64,000 bases of DNA. Source: an uncultured cyanobacterium. GTDB taxonomy: Bacteria > Cyanobacteriota > Cyanobacteriia > Cyanobacteriales > CAWCAG01. Each line of letters opens with the position of its first letter. Within the stretch, counting starts at the first letter, position 1. A model generated the notes under the pieces. That model was not told the DNA's origin. It did no database searches and saw only the letters and a list, made by a program, of their open reading frames with translations. The stretch covers positions 32,001 through 96,000 of the forward strand of contig CAWDOD010000001.1 of assembly GCA_963803805.1 (NCBI GenBank). The letters are read 5' to 3'. Shown here in pieces: positions 9,497 through 20,081 of the stretch. Both the position numbers and the translations under genes were made by a program.

Positions 9497-9824
9497 GTCG
9501 TGACTTCCATTAGGAAGTAAAGAAGTTGAAACCGCATAAAGCCAGGTTGCGCTGTTTTGTATCATACAGTCGTGACTTCCATTAGGAAGTAAAGAAGTTG
9601 AAACGAGGGTTATTTGCAGAAGCTAGTTCGTTGCTTTGTGTGTCGTGACTTCCATTAGGAAGTAAAGAAGTTGAAACAACTAGTTCCTCCAACAGGTAGG
9701 TCGAGGAGATATTCGTCGTGACTTCCATTAGGAAGTAAAGAAGTTGAAACAATATCATAGCGCGTGGTGCGGCGTGATCCATCATCACGTCGTGACTTCC
9801 ATTAGGAAGTAAAGAAGTTGAAAC
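9497..9824 (+). CRISPR. CRISPR array 4 (5 identical repeats, spacers 36, 37, 37, 38 nt)
   Basis: GTCGTGACTTCCATTAGGAAGTAAAGAAGTTGAAAC at 9497, 9569, 9642, 9715, 9789. Confidence 0.97.
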
Positions 9825-10795
9825 CTCTCAACTATGAAAAGTGCGATCGCGAAATATTAGTCATACCAAATATTGCGATCGCAATATTTGCAGCATAAAA
9901 ATCCTCAAACTCTGCTGCGGTGTAGCCTACCCTCACCAACAACCTACGCTATTACCAGATCGAATATGACCAGAAAAAACAAGCAAACACCAGAAAAAGA
10001 TCATCAAACCTTCGCCGCAGAAAACAAGATTGCTCGTCAACTTATCACCAAATTTTCCCAAGCTTTCATAAGTTGGTTTCCCTTCGGAAGTAGTGGCTTT
10101 GCCTTAGTTTCCTTACTTCTCAAACAAGAATGGTTCATCACCTTTCTGGTTTTCCCCCTCATGATCATCAGCATCGCTTGGGGAGCTTTCACCACCAGCT
10201 TTTTGAAGCAAATCCAACACCATGCCCAAGAAATTGGTCAAGAAAGTGCAAACGCTTTTGTTAGGTGGCTAAGAGCTATTGCCACCGCCCTCAAATGGCA
10301 ACTGGCAGGGGTAGAGGATAAATACTTGCAATGCCAAGGAAACGCTTGCCTTTATTACACCACAGAAGGTTATCAAACCACCTTCAAACCCTTGCTCCAA
10401 GATGTCTTTGTCCCTTTAGAATTAAGCCCTAACTTTTTCCGGGCTGCTACTGGAGAGTATGTCCCGATGGTTGGTGGTTATGGAGGAGAAATGCAAGGGG
10501 AAGAGGGGTTTACTATTTGGGATGTTTTACAAAGGACGAAAACTAATCCTACCTACCGCAACCTGGTGATTTTAGCTTTAGGAGGTTATGGCAAAACCAC
10601 TTTGTTGCGACATATCACCTATACCTACAGTCAGAAAAAACTATTAAGAGGTGTTCCCAAACTCTTGCCAGTGTTGCTACTACTCCGCAAGTGGCAAGCC
10701 TTGATAGTTAAGGAAAAACCTGACCTTGTTACTCTGATTGAGAAATATCATCTTCCTTCCCTGCCTCAAGGAAAAGATTTATCAATACCTAATAA

Positions 10796-12103
10796 GGGAG
10801 TAGCAAAGAAAAGAGATACCATGTAGGAAGAGTAGAGGAAGAGAAGTAGAGAGAAAACAATGGCACGGACAAAGATAGAACTACCAGCTAAAGTGCAAGC
10901 AAGTCTCAAAGATGCCTCAAGGAAACTAACAGGAGTAAAGAAAAGAGCGTTTATAGCGAAGGTAACATTGGACTACTTTAATGGTAGCCCAAGACAAGCC
11001 GAAAGCTATATGGGTTGGTCAAGAAAAGCAGTAGCTAAGGGGTTAGAAGAATTAGAAACAGGAAGAATCTACCAGGACAATCATCATGACAAAGGAAGAA
11101 AGAAAACAGAACAAAAGAATCCTCTCCTAGAAGAAGATATACGTTCTCTGGTAGAAAACGATGCTCAAGCAGACCCAAAATTTCAGACAGTATTTTGTTA
11201 TGCCAGAAAAAGTGCCAGAGCAGTGAGGGAGGCATTAGTAGAAGAAAAAGGCTACCAGAGTGAAGAATTACCTTCTCGACAAACCGTAGGAGCAATCTTG
11301 AATCGGATGGGATATCGTTTAAAAAAACACAAAAAGTCAAACCCCTAAAAAAAATCGAGGAAACTGATGCGATCTTTGAGAATGTAGCTCAAAGGAAGAA
11401 CGAATCAGACTGTAACCCCAAATCGTTGAGAATATCGATAGATTCCAAAGCCAAGGTGAAAATAGGAGATTTATCAAGGGGAGGATACGACAGAAATATT
11501 GAAGCCCCCAAAGCCTTAGACCATGATTACCAATCCCAAGCTACTTTAGTACCCTTTGGTATTCTTGATGTGCTAGGGGAGCAACTGTGGATTTATTTCG
11601 GACAGAGCAAGGAAACAACGGATTTTGTCGTTGATTGTTTAGAACAGTGGTGGAAAGATAACGGTGATGGTTACGAAGGTATAGAAGAATTAATGATTGA
11701 GTTAGATGGAGCCGGTCAAATTCGTAGTAATCGCACTCAATTCATCCAGAGAATTGTCGCCTTTTCTCAACAGAACAACTTGAAAATTAGGTTAATTTAT
11801 CACCCTCCTTATCACAGTAAATATAACACTATTGAGAGGTGTTGGGCTTGTTTAGAAAACTACTGGCGTGGAGCCGTATTAGATTCGAGAGAAGCAGCCA
11901 TTGCTTGGGCCAAAAATATGACCTGGAAGGGAGTTAAACCAATAGTAGAATTAGTGGAGAAGACTTATCAATCAGGTATAGTCCCAAGTGTAGAAGAGTT
12001 AGAAACGAGCAAACAGAGTTGGCATCCTTGCCCAAAGTTACCATGCTGGGATATCAGCATTATGCCCCAGGTCTAAGTGGTACTTTATTTCTTTGCTAGC
12101 CCC
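10796..12103 (+). mobile_element. ISAzo13-family insertion sequence (1308 bp)
   Basis: TIRs GGGAGTAGCAAAGAAA / GGGGCTAGCAAAGAAA; 3-bp TSD TAA at 10793-10795 and 12104-12106. Confidence 0.85.
10860..12076 (+). CDS. ISAzo13-type transposase in two frames (10860-11348 and ~11330-12076)
   Basis: QADPKF in orfA; RISIDSKAKVKIG, ALDHD, YHPPYHSKYNTIERCW in orfB; A-rich junction near 11321-11354. Confidence 0.8.
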
Positions 12104-13561
12104 TAACTGGGTAAAAAATCTCCTCCATCAAAATAAGATGCTTATTATGTTAGATGGATTTGATGAGGTTAAACAGGAGTGGCGACAAGAAGTGGGACAA
12201 TGGATTGCTGAGGTGATGCACCACTACCCTGGTGCTTGTTTTATTCTCACTTCCCGACCTACAGGCTACCAAGCTTTTCCCTGTGAGAATCAACCTAATC
12301 GTTTACGAATCAAGGCTTTTAATCAAGGACAAAGGGAGAGGTTTATTCAAAGTTGGTATTTGAGTCGGGAAAAGCAAGTGAGTGCTAAACCCTACAATCC
12401 TGTAGTTAAGGAGGTTGCTAAACAAAAAGCAGCTAATCTGATTCAGCAGTTACAAGCTAGGACAGAGTTAAATGATTTGGCTCAAAATCCTTTGTTACTG
12501 AATATGATTGTTAACCTCCATAGCGTTGCACCCACAGACCACAGTGATTTGTCTCGCCCTATTCAATTGCCTCAAAGGAGAAAGGAACTTTATCGAGATA
12601 TTTTCCGTTTGCAGTTAGGGGACAGACCTACGGTTAAGCAGGTTGATATGTATTTAGAGGCGGAAGAGTCGCAACAAGTGCTACAAAGTCTCGCTTTGTC
12701 TATGATAAGAAATAATCAATCTACCCTTCCCTATGAACTCTTGCTTCAGCAAATTAAAGAGAGTTTGCAGAATTACAACTTCTCTGTCACTCCCCAGCAA
12801 TTTCTGCAACAGATGGTTGATGTCAGTGAACTTTTGGTTAAACGGGATGAAGATTATGAGTTTGCCCATTTGAGTTTCCAGGGTTATTTAGCTGCCCAAG
12901 AAGTTCACCGCACCCATCAGGAAGATTTGTTGATTGAGCATTGGCAAAATCCTTGGTGGCGAGAAACTATCCTCCTCTATGCAGCACAGTTTAACCCTAA
13001 CCAGTTACTCAAACAGTTGATGAAGTTGGGAACCCAAGAAGCAGTGGCTTTAGCACTCACCTGTATTAAAGAAACTCTGCGGCAAGTTGACCCAGATATA
13101 GAACAGGAGCTTAAAAGTTTAGAGTTAGAAATTCAAAAACTACTCTACAACCCTTTGAAAAGTTATTTAGCTAACGGGCAATGGCAAAAGGCGAATCAAG
13201 AAACTAATCGCGTTATGGTTCAAGTGGCTAAGAAAGAGCCAGGAGAACTTTTGGAGCTAGAAGATATAGAGAGGTTTCCTTGTCAGGATTTAGGGATTAT
13301 TGATGATTTGTGGGTTCAATATAGTGGAGAGAAGTTCGGTTTTACTGTGCAAAGGGATATTTGGTTAAGCTGCGGTGGTCAAGTAGGAATATACGAACCA
13401 GATGTTTATGAAAACTTTGCTACCCAAGTTAGATGGTATGACCGGAAGCAGCAGCAATGGTACAAGGAAATAGAGTTTAATCTTGATACTACTCCCCCAG
13501 GTCATTTACCAACCCTTTACTCTATCGCTTCTACCCATAAAGTCCATCTTTTTTCCCGTAG

Positions 13562-14482
13562 TCATTGTAGTAAGCTTTCAATCTGACTTAGCAGTTTTTC
13601 TATTTTCTTTTGCTTCTTGGGATCATTCCAACAATTGGAAGAATTAAGCCGACGGTAAGCTCTCCCTAGTCTATCTTTCAAAGAAGAAGACTCTACTTGG
13701 GGTACAATAGCCCTAATTTTTGCTTTGATTTGGGAAAGAGAAAGATTATTCTCAATTGCTTCTGCTAATAACTCTTTCCTAACCTCCAAATCCTTAACTT
13801 TGGCAATTGCAGTAGCTTTTGTATAAGCTATTTGTCCCTTCCTTAGAACCTCAAGAATTTCTTCTGGCAACTTTCTTAAAGGAAGACGGCTTTTAACAAA
13901 TGACTCCCAAGTTATTGTTCCAAGAGAATTAAATAACTCCTTGATAGCTTCTCCTTGAGAGCTACCCAAAACGTTTTGGGTAGCTTTTCCCTTGACCTCA
14001 TTTTCCATTCGATAGAGCAAAGAAGTAGCTTCAGGTAAGGTTTTATTTAAACGTAGGGCCAACAGTTGTAAAATCCCTTCTGTTTCTTCTATAGCATTAA
14101 GATCCACTCGTTGGAGATTTTCAACTAAGGCCAACTGCTGTGCCTCTTCATCATTAAGCTCTTTAATAACAACAGGCACTTCTTCAAGTTCTGCTTCAAT
14201 AGCTGCACGGTAACGCCTCTCTCCAGCAACCAACTCATACTCTCCCACATTCAGAGGTCTAACTAGCAGGGGTTCAAGAATGCCATGTTGCCTCACGGAA
14301 GCTATTAACTGCTCCATTTTTTCTGGGTCAAAGTAGCGTCTAGGCTGTTGACGGGGCTTTTGAATTAAACTGATAGCGACTGATTGAGTAGCCGCTTCTG
14401 TAGCAGGTTGGTCAAGAAGTCCTGCTATACCCTTAAGTTGACTGGTATAAGGTTCATCTTTTTTTTTACGTGTAGTTGCCAT
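13562..14482 (-). CDS. parB: ParB/Spo0J partition protein
   Basis: QPRRYFD, LVAGERRYRAA, ENLQRVDL. Confidence 0.95.
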   Translation of the reverse strand: MATTRKKKDEPYTSQLKGIAGLLDQPATEAATQSVAISLIQKPRQQPRRYFDPEKMEQLIASVRQHGILEPLLVRPLNVGEYELVAGERRYRAAIEAELEEVPVVIKELNDEEAQQLALVENLQRVDLNAIEETEGILQLLALRLNKTLPEATSLLYRMENEVKGKATQNVLGSSQGEAIKELFNSLGTITWESFVKSRLPLRKLPEEILEVLRKGQIAYTKATAIAKVKDLEVRKELLAEAIENNLSLSQIKAKIRAIVPQVESSSLKDRLGRAYRRLNSSNCWNDPKKQKKIEKLLSQIESLLQ

Positions 14483-14491
14483 ACAGAAAAG

Positions 14492-15259
14492 TTAAGGTAG
14501 TTTTTCCAAGTCTCTAACGATTTTTTGAAGTAGTTTGACCGCAGGATGCTTTGGTTTATAGATAGCCAAAGGAACTCTCTTTTCGCTAGCATCAGCAAAA
14601 GCAACGGAACGAGGGACAGGATCGTAAACTGTAGCTAAGGCAGAAAGTTGTTCTTTGATAGCTTTATAAGTCCTTGTTTCTTGCGCTGTACGACTATCGT
14701 ACATGGTGGGAATAAACCCAGCAAACTTAAGTTTAGGATTAGCTGATTTCCGTAATCTGGCTACGGTATTTAACAACAAATCTGTCCCCTTAAAAGCTTT
14801 GAACTGAGTTTGAATCGGTACTAAAACGTGAGTAGATGCTACCAAACTAATCATAGTCAGAATACCTAAGCTAGGAGGACAATCGATAAGGATAAAGTCG
14901 TAGTCCTTAGTTGCCTGGGCCAAAGCATTTTTGAGACGCATCTCTCGCATGAGAGCAGAAACTAACTCCAATTCCGCAGCGCACAAATTTATGTTAGAAG
15001 GAGCTAAGTCCATATTATGGATTCCTTTATGAATAGTCAAAGGTTCCTCTCCAACAACTGCTTGATAAACTGTAGCTTCCAAATTAGCTGGCTCAACTCC
15101 CATGAAAGTGGTTAGCGAGGCTTGAGGATCTATATCTACCAATAGAACTCGATTCTTGCGCTCGGCTAAATGGTAGCCTAGATTCATAGTTAAACTAGTT
15201 TTCCCAACACCACCACATTGGTTGAACAGGGCGATAATATAATTCGACTTCTTAGGCAT
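14492..15259 (-). CDS. parA: ParA partition ATPase
   Basis: NQCGGVGKT, VDIDPQAS, IDCPPSLG. Confidence 0.95.
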   Translation of the reverse strand: MPKKSNYIIALFNQCGGVGKTSLTMNLGYHLAERKNRVLLVDIDPQASLTTFMGVEPANLEATVYQAVVGEEPLTIHKGIHNMDLAPSNINLCAAELELVSALMREMRLKNALAQATKDYDFILIDCPPSLGILTMISLVASTHVLVPIQTQFKAFKGTDLLLNTVARLRKSANPKLKFAGFIPTMYDSRTAQETRTYKAIKEQLSALATVYDPVPRSVAFADASEKRVPLAIYKPKHPAVKLLQKIVRDLEKLP

Positions 15260-15359
15260 CTACTTCTCAACATCATAGGTCAAAAGATTTTCATTGCGTA
15301 CAATCATATTTCTAATCCTTTTACTTGTAGTTTAAAACGATAGTATTCTGTACTTCAAC

Positions 15360-15704
15360 TCATATAATAAAGCTTCCGCCTCCTATTTCCACTACCTCAA
15401 TCTTCTCATCTTCCCTGCTAGCCATAAAAGCTAGCAACTCTTGTTTTCTTTTACGAGTACTATACCCCTTAAATTTTTTATCACTCCTACAAATATCTCG
15501 AAGCTTTTCAATACTTAATCCTTCCCACTCAATTAGATGATTGGGTTGAGGTGGTTTAAGCTCGAAGTAAGTTTCCAGGGCTGTGGGAAGTAACTCTAAG
15601 GCATATTTCAAAGTTACTTCTCTTTTTTCAGCAACCTCTCCAACTAATTCCATTTTCTCAAAGAAATAGGCAATGTTTTTAGGCAAGGAGCCTTGTTTCA
15701 TCAA
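15360..15704 (-). CDS. Hypothetical protein, possible Rho-N/HeH-like C-terminal motif
   Basis: LSIEKLRDIC...KGYSTRKRKQELL. Confidence 0.45.
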   Translation of the reverse strand: MMKQGSLPKNIAYFFEKMELVGEVAEKREVTLKYALELLPTALETYFELKPPQPNHLIEWEGLSIEKLRDICRSDKKFKGYSTRKRKQELLAFMASREDEKIEVVEIGGGSFII

Positions 15705-15719
15705 AATAACTAAATAAAT

Positions 15720-16766
15720 CTATCTTGAAATAAAACTTGTTCTTTTTTCTGGTTTCTCTACTTGAACTTGGAATTGTTGTAGTTTAGACTGGACTTCCCC
15801 CTCAAAATACTTAGCATCATCTTCAGTTAAATTACTTCCTTTATCGACCCATGTTTTACCATCCCATTTAGCATACATGATAGTCCTTTTGGCTTCTTCA
15901 GGCTCACTTTTATCTAAGGTAAGCAAACTATCTTTCTCGTCCCATCTAGCACTGTGAAAACTACCTTCAGCCTTATAACCATCAGGATCTACAGTATTGA
16001 TCCACAAGGCAACTATAGGAGCAGTACGATCAACAAATTCTTGCTGTTTTGTCTTCTCATTTGTCTCACGTTCATCATTTGCGATCGCAGATTTAGCAAG
16101 CCCATCTTCTTTACCAACTGATTTGTTCTCTAGTGGCTCTAATTCCTCTACCTCTTGTTTAACCTCTTTGGCAGTATCTGCAACCTTTTGAGTAGCTTTC
16201 TCAACAAACCTGCTCAACCATTTCTTAGTACCACCAATATCTGATACTTGTTCAATTTGCTTTTTCAAATTATCAAAGAAGCTTCTACCCAGAGAAGCTT
16301 TCTCCTCTTCAGCCAAGACAGAGGAAGACTCACTTCCCTTTGTTAAGGTACTCGATATAGCTTCGCCAAGAGAAATCTCTCCATCATTCACCTGTTGAGA
16401 AGTTGCAGCTAGTCCTTTTAGTCCTTTTATCTCAAGAAGACTAACTAACGAAGGTTGTACCTGATTATGAACCACAGAACCATCACCATCTTGTCTGAAC
16501 AGCAACTCACCTTGGGAGTCATTATTTCTAATTTCTATAACACCAGATACATCTGGCTGTTCGTTAGGGGAGTTTTCCAAGAAGTCTGAAGCCCTGGTAG
16601 TAGCTTCAAAAATAATTTCAGCTTTAGGATTATCTAATTCATCTCTAAATTCTTTAGCAGTTTGCCCATAGACAACTCGATTGCCCATTTGGATGCAAAG
16701 ATTTTCAGATTCTGTATTTGCTTGCTGGGACAAACTCTCAAGAAGTTTCGCTTTATTCATACCCAT
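15720..16766 (-). CDS. Hypothetical protein with shared C-terminal domain; paralog of 16859-19610
   Basis: N-terminus near-identical to ORF 18840-19610; C-terminus similar to ORF 16859-18796. Confidence 0.7.
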   Translation of the reverse strand: MGMNKAKLLESLSQQANTESENLCIQMGNRVVYGQTAKEFRDELDNPKAEIIFEATTRASDFLENSPNEQPDVSGVIEIRNNDSQGELLFRQDGDGSVVHNQVQPSLVSLLEIKGLKGLAATSQQVNDGEISLGEAISSTLTKGSESSSVLAEEEKASLGRSFFDNLKKQIEQVSDIGGTKKWLSRFVEKATQKVADTAKEVKQEVEELEPLENKSVGKEDGLAKSAIANDERETNEKTKQQEFVDRTAPIVALWINTVDPDGYKAEGSFHSARWDEKDSLLTLDKSEPEEAKRTIMYAKWDGKTWVDKGSNLTEDDAKYFEGEVQSKLQQFQVQVEKPEKRTSFISR

Positions 16767-16858
16767 CCTTTCTCATTCTATATTGCTGTTTAAATTCAAA
16801 AAAGGACTACTAAACCAAACAATTTAATAGTCCAAACACTAACCCGAAAGTTTGAATA

Positions 16859-19610
16859 TTATCTAGTAACAGCTTCTGATTCTTTCTGCCTAGTTTCAGT
16901 AGCTTCTTGCTTATGGAGACTCTGACTAACCAAATCTGCAACCTCCCCCTCAAAATATTGAGCTTTTTCTTCGGTGAGTTCACTTCCTTTATCTACCCAA
17001 CTGTTTGTGCCTTCATCCCATCCAGCCCGCATGATAGTTTTTGATTCTCCCCCTTCCTCTATCTCATTTAGGGTAAGCTCTTCGTTCTCAAAGTCCCATT
17101 CAGCACTATGTTTATTACCTTCTGCTCTGTAATCATCTCTGCCTTCAGCATGAATCCAAGATGAAACGGCAGGAGCAGTACGATCAACTAAGTTTTGTTG
17201 CCCTTCAGAAGCATCTTCTAATTCCTGCTGTTCATCTTCTTCAAAGTCTTCATCGAACAATTCATCTAGTTCATCATACTCATCACTAAATCTTTCATCT
17301 AATTCATTTTCATTTTCATATTCATCTTGGAGATCAAACTCCAAATTTTGAAGTGAATCTGTTACTTCTTCGACACCTTGTTCTTCTTTGACAGCATCTT
17401 TTAAAATGTTTCGTACTTCGTCAATAGGAAGATGGTCATTGCTTCCCTCAATCTTTATGTGCTTGCCATTGCTTATTTCTTCAAGACTTTCCTTAATTTC
17501 TTCAGAAAACTCAGTTTTATCTGCTAGAAGAAGTTCTTCAGCCTTAATTTCTATAAGTTCCTCTTCCTCTTCGGCTTCACTATAAGCCCTGATCCTATCT
17601 TCATCATAAGGATCTTCAAGAGTTGCATTTAATCTCCCATCCCTACTATTTTCTATCCTCCCAGACGCTATATTTTGGAAAGATTTTTCAACTTCGCTAG
17701 GAAAATTAAAATCACGGTTGCTCTCAAGTATTTCCTGTGCTTTATTTCTGGATTTTTCAGATACCACTTCCTCTTCTAAAGAAGCTAAGTTCTCTTGAGC
17801 TTCAGCCATAGTCTCAGCTATGTTTTGGGGAACTTTATCAAGTTCATCTTGAGATGAAGTCATTAACTCGCCTTGGCTCTGGTAATCAGCGACAATACCT
17901 CTGTTGGTGCGATTATTTTCCTCAATAGCACTTGCCATGTCGCTTTGTACTTGGCGTGATTTATACTTGTCGCCGTCGTAGTCACCTTCGCTTAATTTTC
18001 CAAGTTCTTCTTGTACTTCTTCAGGAAGCTCTACCTGCATTTCTTCAGCAGTTTCAAGAACCTCTCCAGCTTTAGACTCAACTTCGTCTTCCAAGTTTGC
18101 TAAGGTCTTCAGACGTTCTTTTTTTTGGGTTTTAATCCGTTCATCAGCTTCCCTACTTCTTATTTCATCTAACTCTTCATGAGCCTCAGTCATAGTCTCA
18201 GCTATGTTTTGGGGAACTTTATCAAGTTCATCTTCAGGTAAAGTAACCAACTCATCTCGATTCTGATAATCAGTAATTATGTCCTCAGTGTTCGTATCGT
18301 TCTCAATGGCACTTGCCATATCACTTTGTACTTGGCGTGACTTAGATTTGTCCTCTTCGTATTCGTCTGGCTCATAATCACTCTCAACTTTTTGTACTGC
18401 TTCTTCGGGAAGCTCTAAACCCATTTCAGCAGCAGTTTCAAGAACCTCTTCCCTATCCGCCATGTAGCTTTCTGGTTCAGGTAATTTATGTTTTTCACCT
18501 GTATAGTCACCTTCACTTAATTTCTCAAGTTCCTCTCGTGCTTCTTCAGGAAGCTCTAAACCCATTTCAGCAGCAGTTTCAAGAACTTCTCCAGCTTTGA
18601 ACTCAACTTCATCTTCCAAGTTTGCTAACCTCTGAAGACGTTGTTTTGTTTTATCAACTTCAGATGTTTTTTCATTAGACTCCTCAGTTGACTCTTCAGA
18701 AATTTCGTTACCTTCAGACTCGGCTGAAATTGATTCTTCAGGAAAATAATCAACTGATTCTTCCTGTTGCTTATCAGCACCAAATGCAGACTGCATGACC
18801 TCCTTGCGAGATTTCAGCCAATTCCCAGTAGTTTCAATATCAGATTCGAACTTTATCCCCGACCTTACTACGAAGCGCTTGCGCCTCTTCGCTTTGGGCT
18901 ACCTCTTTAGTTTTTTCAACAACTTTATTGATAGCAGGCTTAGCTACATCAACTAATTCTCCAACCTCTTGCTGAACCTCTTTGGCAGTATCTGCAACCT
19001 TTTGAGTAACTTTCTCTGCTTGCTGATACAATTCATTAGCATTCTCTGCGAATTTACCTAACCATTTTTTAGTGCTGCCGATACTATCTGGTACTTGGTC
19101 AATTTGCTTTTTCAGACTATCAAAGAAACTTCTCTGGGTAGAAGCTTCTTGTTGTTGTTGAACTTCTACTTGTGGCATTTCTAGAGAAGCTTCTTGTTGT
19201 TGGGCTTCCACTTCTGGCTCTTCTGGAGTAGATAAATCTTGGGACATCTCTTGTTCCTGTTGGGCTTCCACTTCTGGCTCTTCTGGAGTAGATAAATCTT
19301 GGGACATCTCTTGCTGTTGAAGCTGATTGTGTCCAATAGAACCATCGCTGTTTTGCCTAAATAGTTTGTCATCACCGTTGGTTATTTCTATGACCCCAGA
19401 AACCTGTTCCTCCTCAGATACATTCTCTGAAGCCTCAGAGCTTCTACTAATAGCTTCAGAAATAATTTCAGCTTTAGGATCATCTAATTCATCTCTAAAT
19501 TCTTTAGAAGTTTGGCCATAGACAACTCGATTACCCATCTTAATACGCAAATTTTCAGATTCTGTATTCGCTTGCTGGGATAAACTTTCAAGAAGTTCTG
19601 CTTTATTCAC
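16859..19610 (-). pseudogene. Large acidic repeat protein split by +1 frameshift (ORFs 18840-19610 and 16859-18796)
   Basis: Span is 3n+1; shifted frame reads SDIETTGNWLKSRKEV straight into MQSAFG; internal repeats EVLETAAEMGLELPEE and SRQVQSDMASAIE. Confidence 0.7.
19201..19313. repeat. 60-bp-period tandem duplication (QEMSQDLSTPEEPEVEAQ x2)
   Basis: 19201-19253 identical to 19261-19313. Confidence 0.9.
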
Positions 19611-19652
19611 TGTATTTTCCTCTTACAACTAGGTTTTTAATTGATAACAAAA

Positions 19653-20048
19653 CTAAGCTGGCTGCTTCTCATCAAGCCAACCGACTATTCTGTCTAGTTC
19701 AGCCATATCAGCTATACGGTTGACAACAATATCACTTTTAGATTGAAAGAAAGCACAGTCCCCATCGAATTTCCATTCACTAAACAAAGGGTCAAAGTCT
19801 TCAGGGCAAGGACGACAAAAGGTTACTTCACCTGCTTCTATTTCATACCTAAAAAAGATTATATCTTCATAAAAAATTTCAATAGTAGAAGGAGTATAAT
19901 TTGCAGGAAAATTGTCTAAACTACGCTGCGATCGCAAATATTCAACTGTCTCTGGTCTGTCTTCAAATCTTTGAGTGAATTCTTGAGACATACCCCAACT
20001 TTTCAGTAAAGATTTGATTGCATCTGTAGATAAAGCTTGTCCATTCAT
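19653..20048 (-). CDS. Hypothetical protein
   Basis: 131-aa ORF in operon context. Confidence 0.55.
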   Translation of the reverse strand: MNGQALSTDAIKSLLKSWGMSQEFTQRFEDRPETVEYLRSQRSLDNFPANYTPSTIEIFYEDIIFFRYEIEAGEVTFCRPCPEDFDPLFSEWKFDGDCAFFQSKSDIVVNRIADMAELDRIVGWLDEKQPA

Positions 20049-20081
20049 AGTTAATTTTGGTAAGTAAACAAAGTGTAAAAA

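Larger units (their letters stand above)
9966..13586 (+). pseudogene. TM-NACHT-GUN4 protein interrupted by IS
   Basis: Two N-terminal hydrophobic helices and Walker A ALGGYGKTT before the IS; Walker B LIMLDGFDE, FAHLSFQGYLAA and GUN4-like C-terminus (FPCQDLGIIDDLW..GFTVQ..PGHLP) after it; halves rejoin as ...IPNNWVK... Confidence 0.85.

Noticed and set aside
4589-9788. Self-targeting or promoter-targeting by spacers
   Set aside because: Only 8-9 nt matches seen by eye (e.g. TAAGAGAC near the WYL start, AATGGCTGA at the helicase start), which is chance level. A proper search was not possible.
8706-9788. Minus-strand ORFs 8706-8930 and 9582-9788
   Set aside because: They run through CRISPR repeats; spurious.
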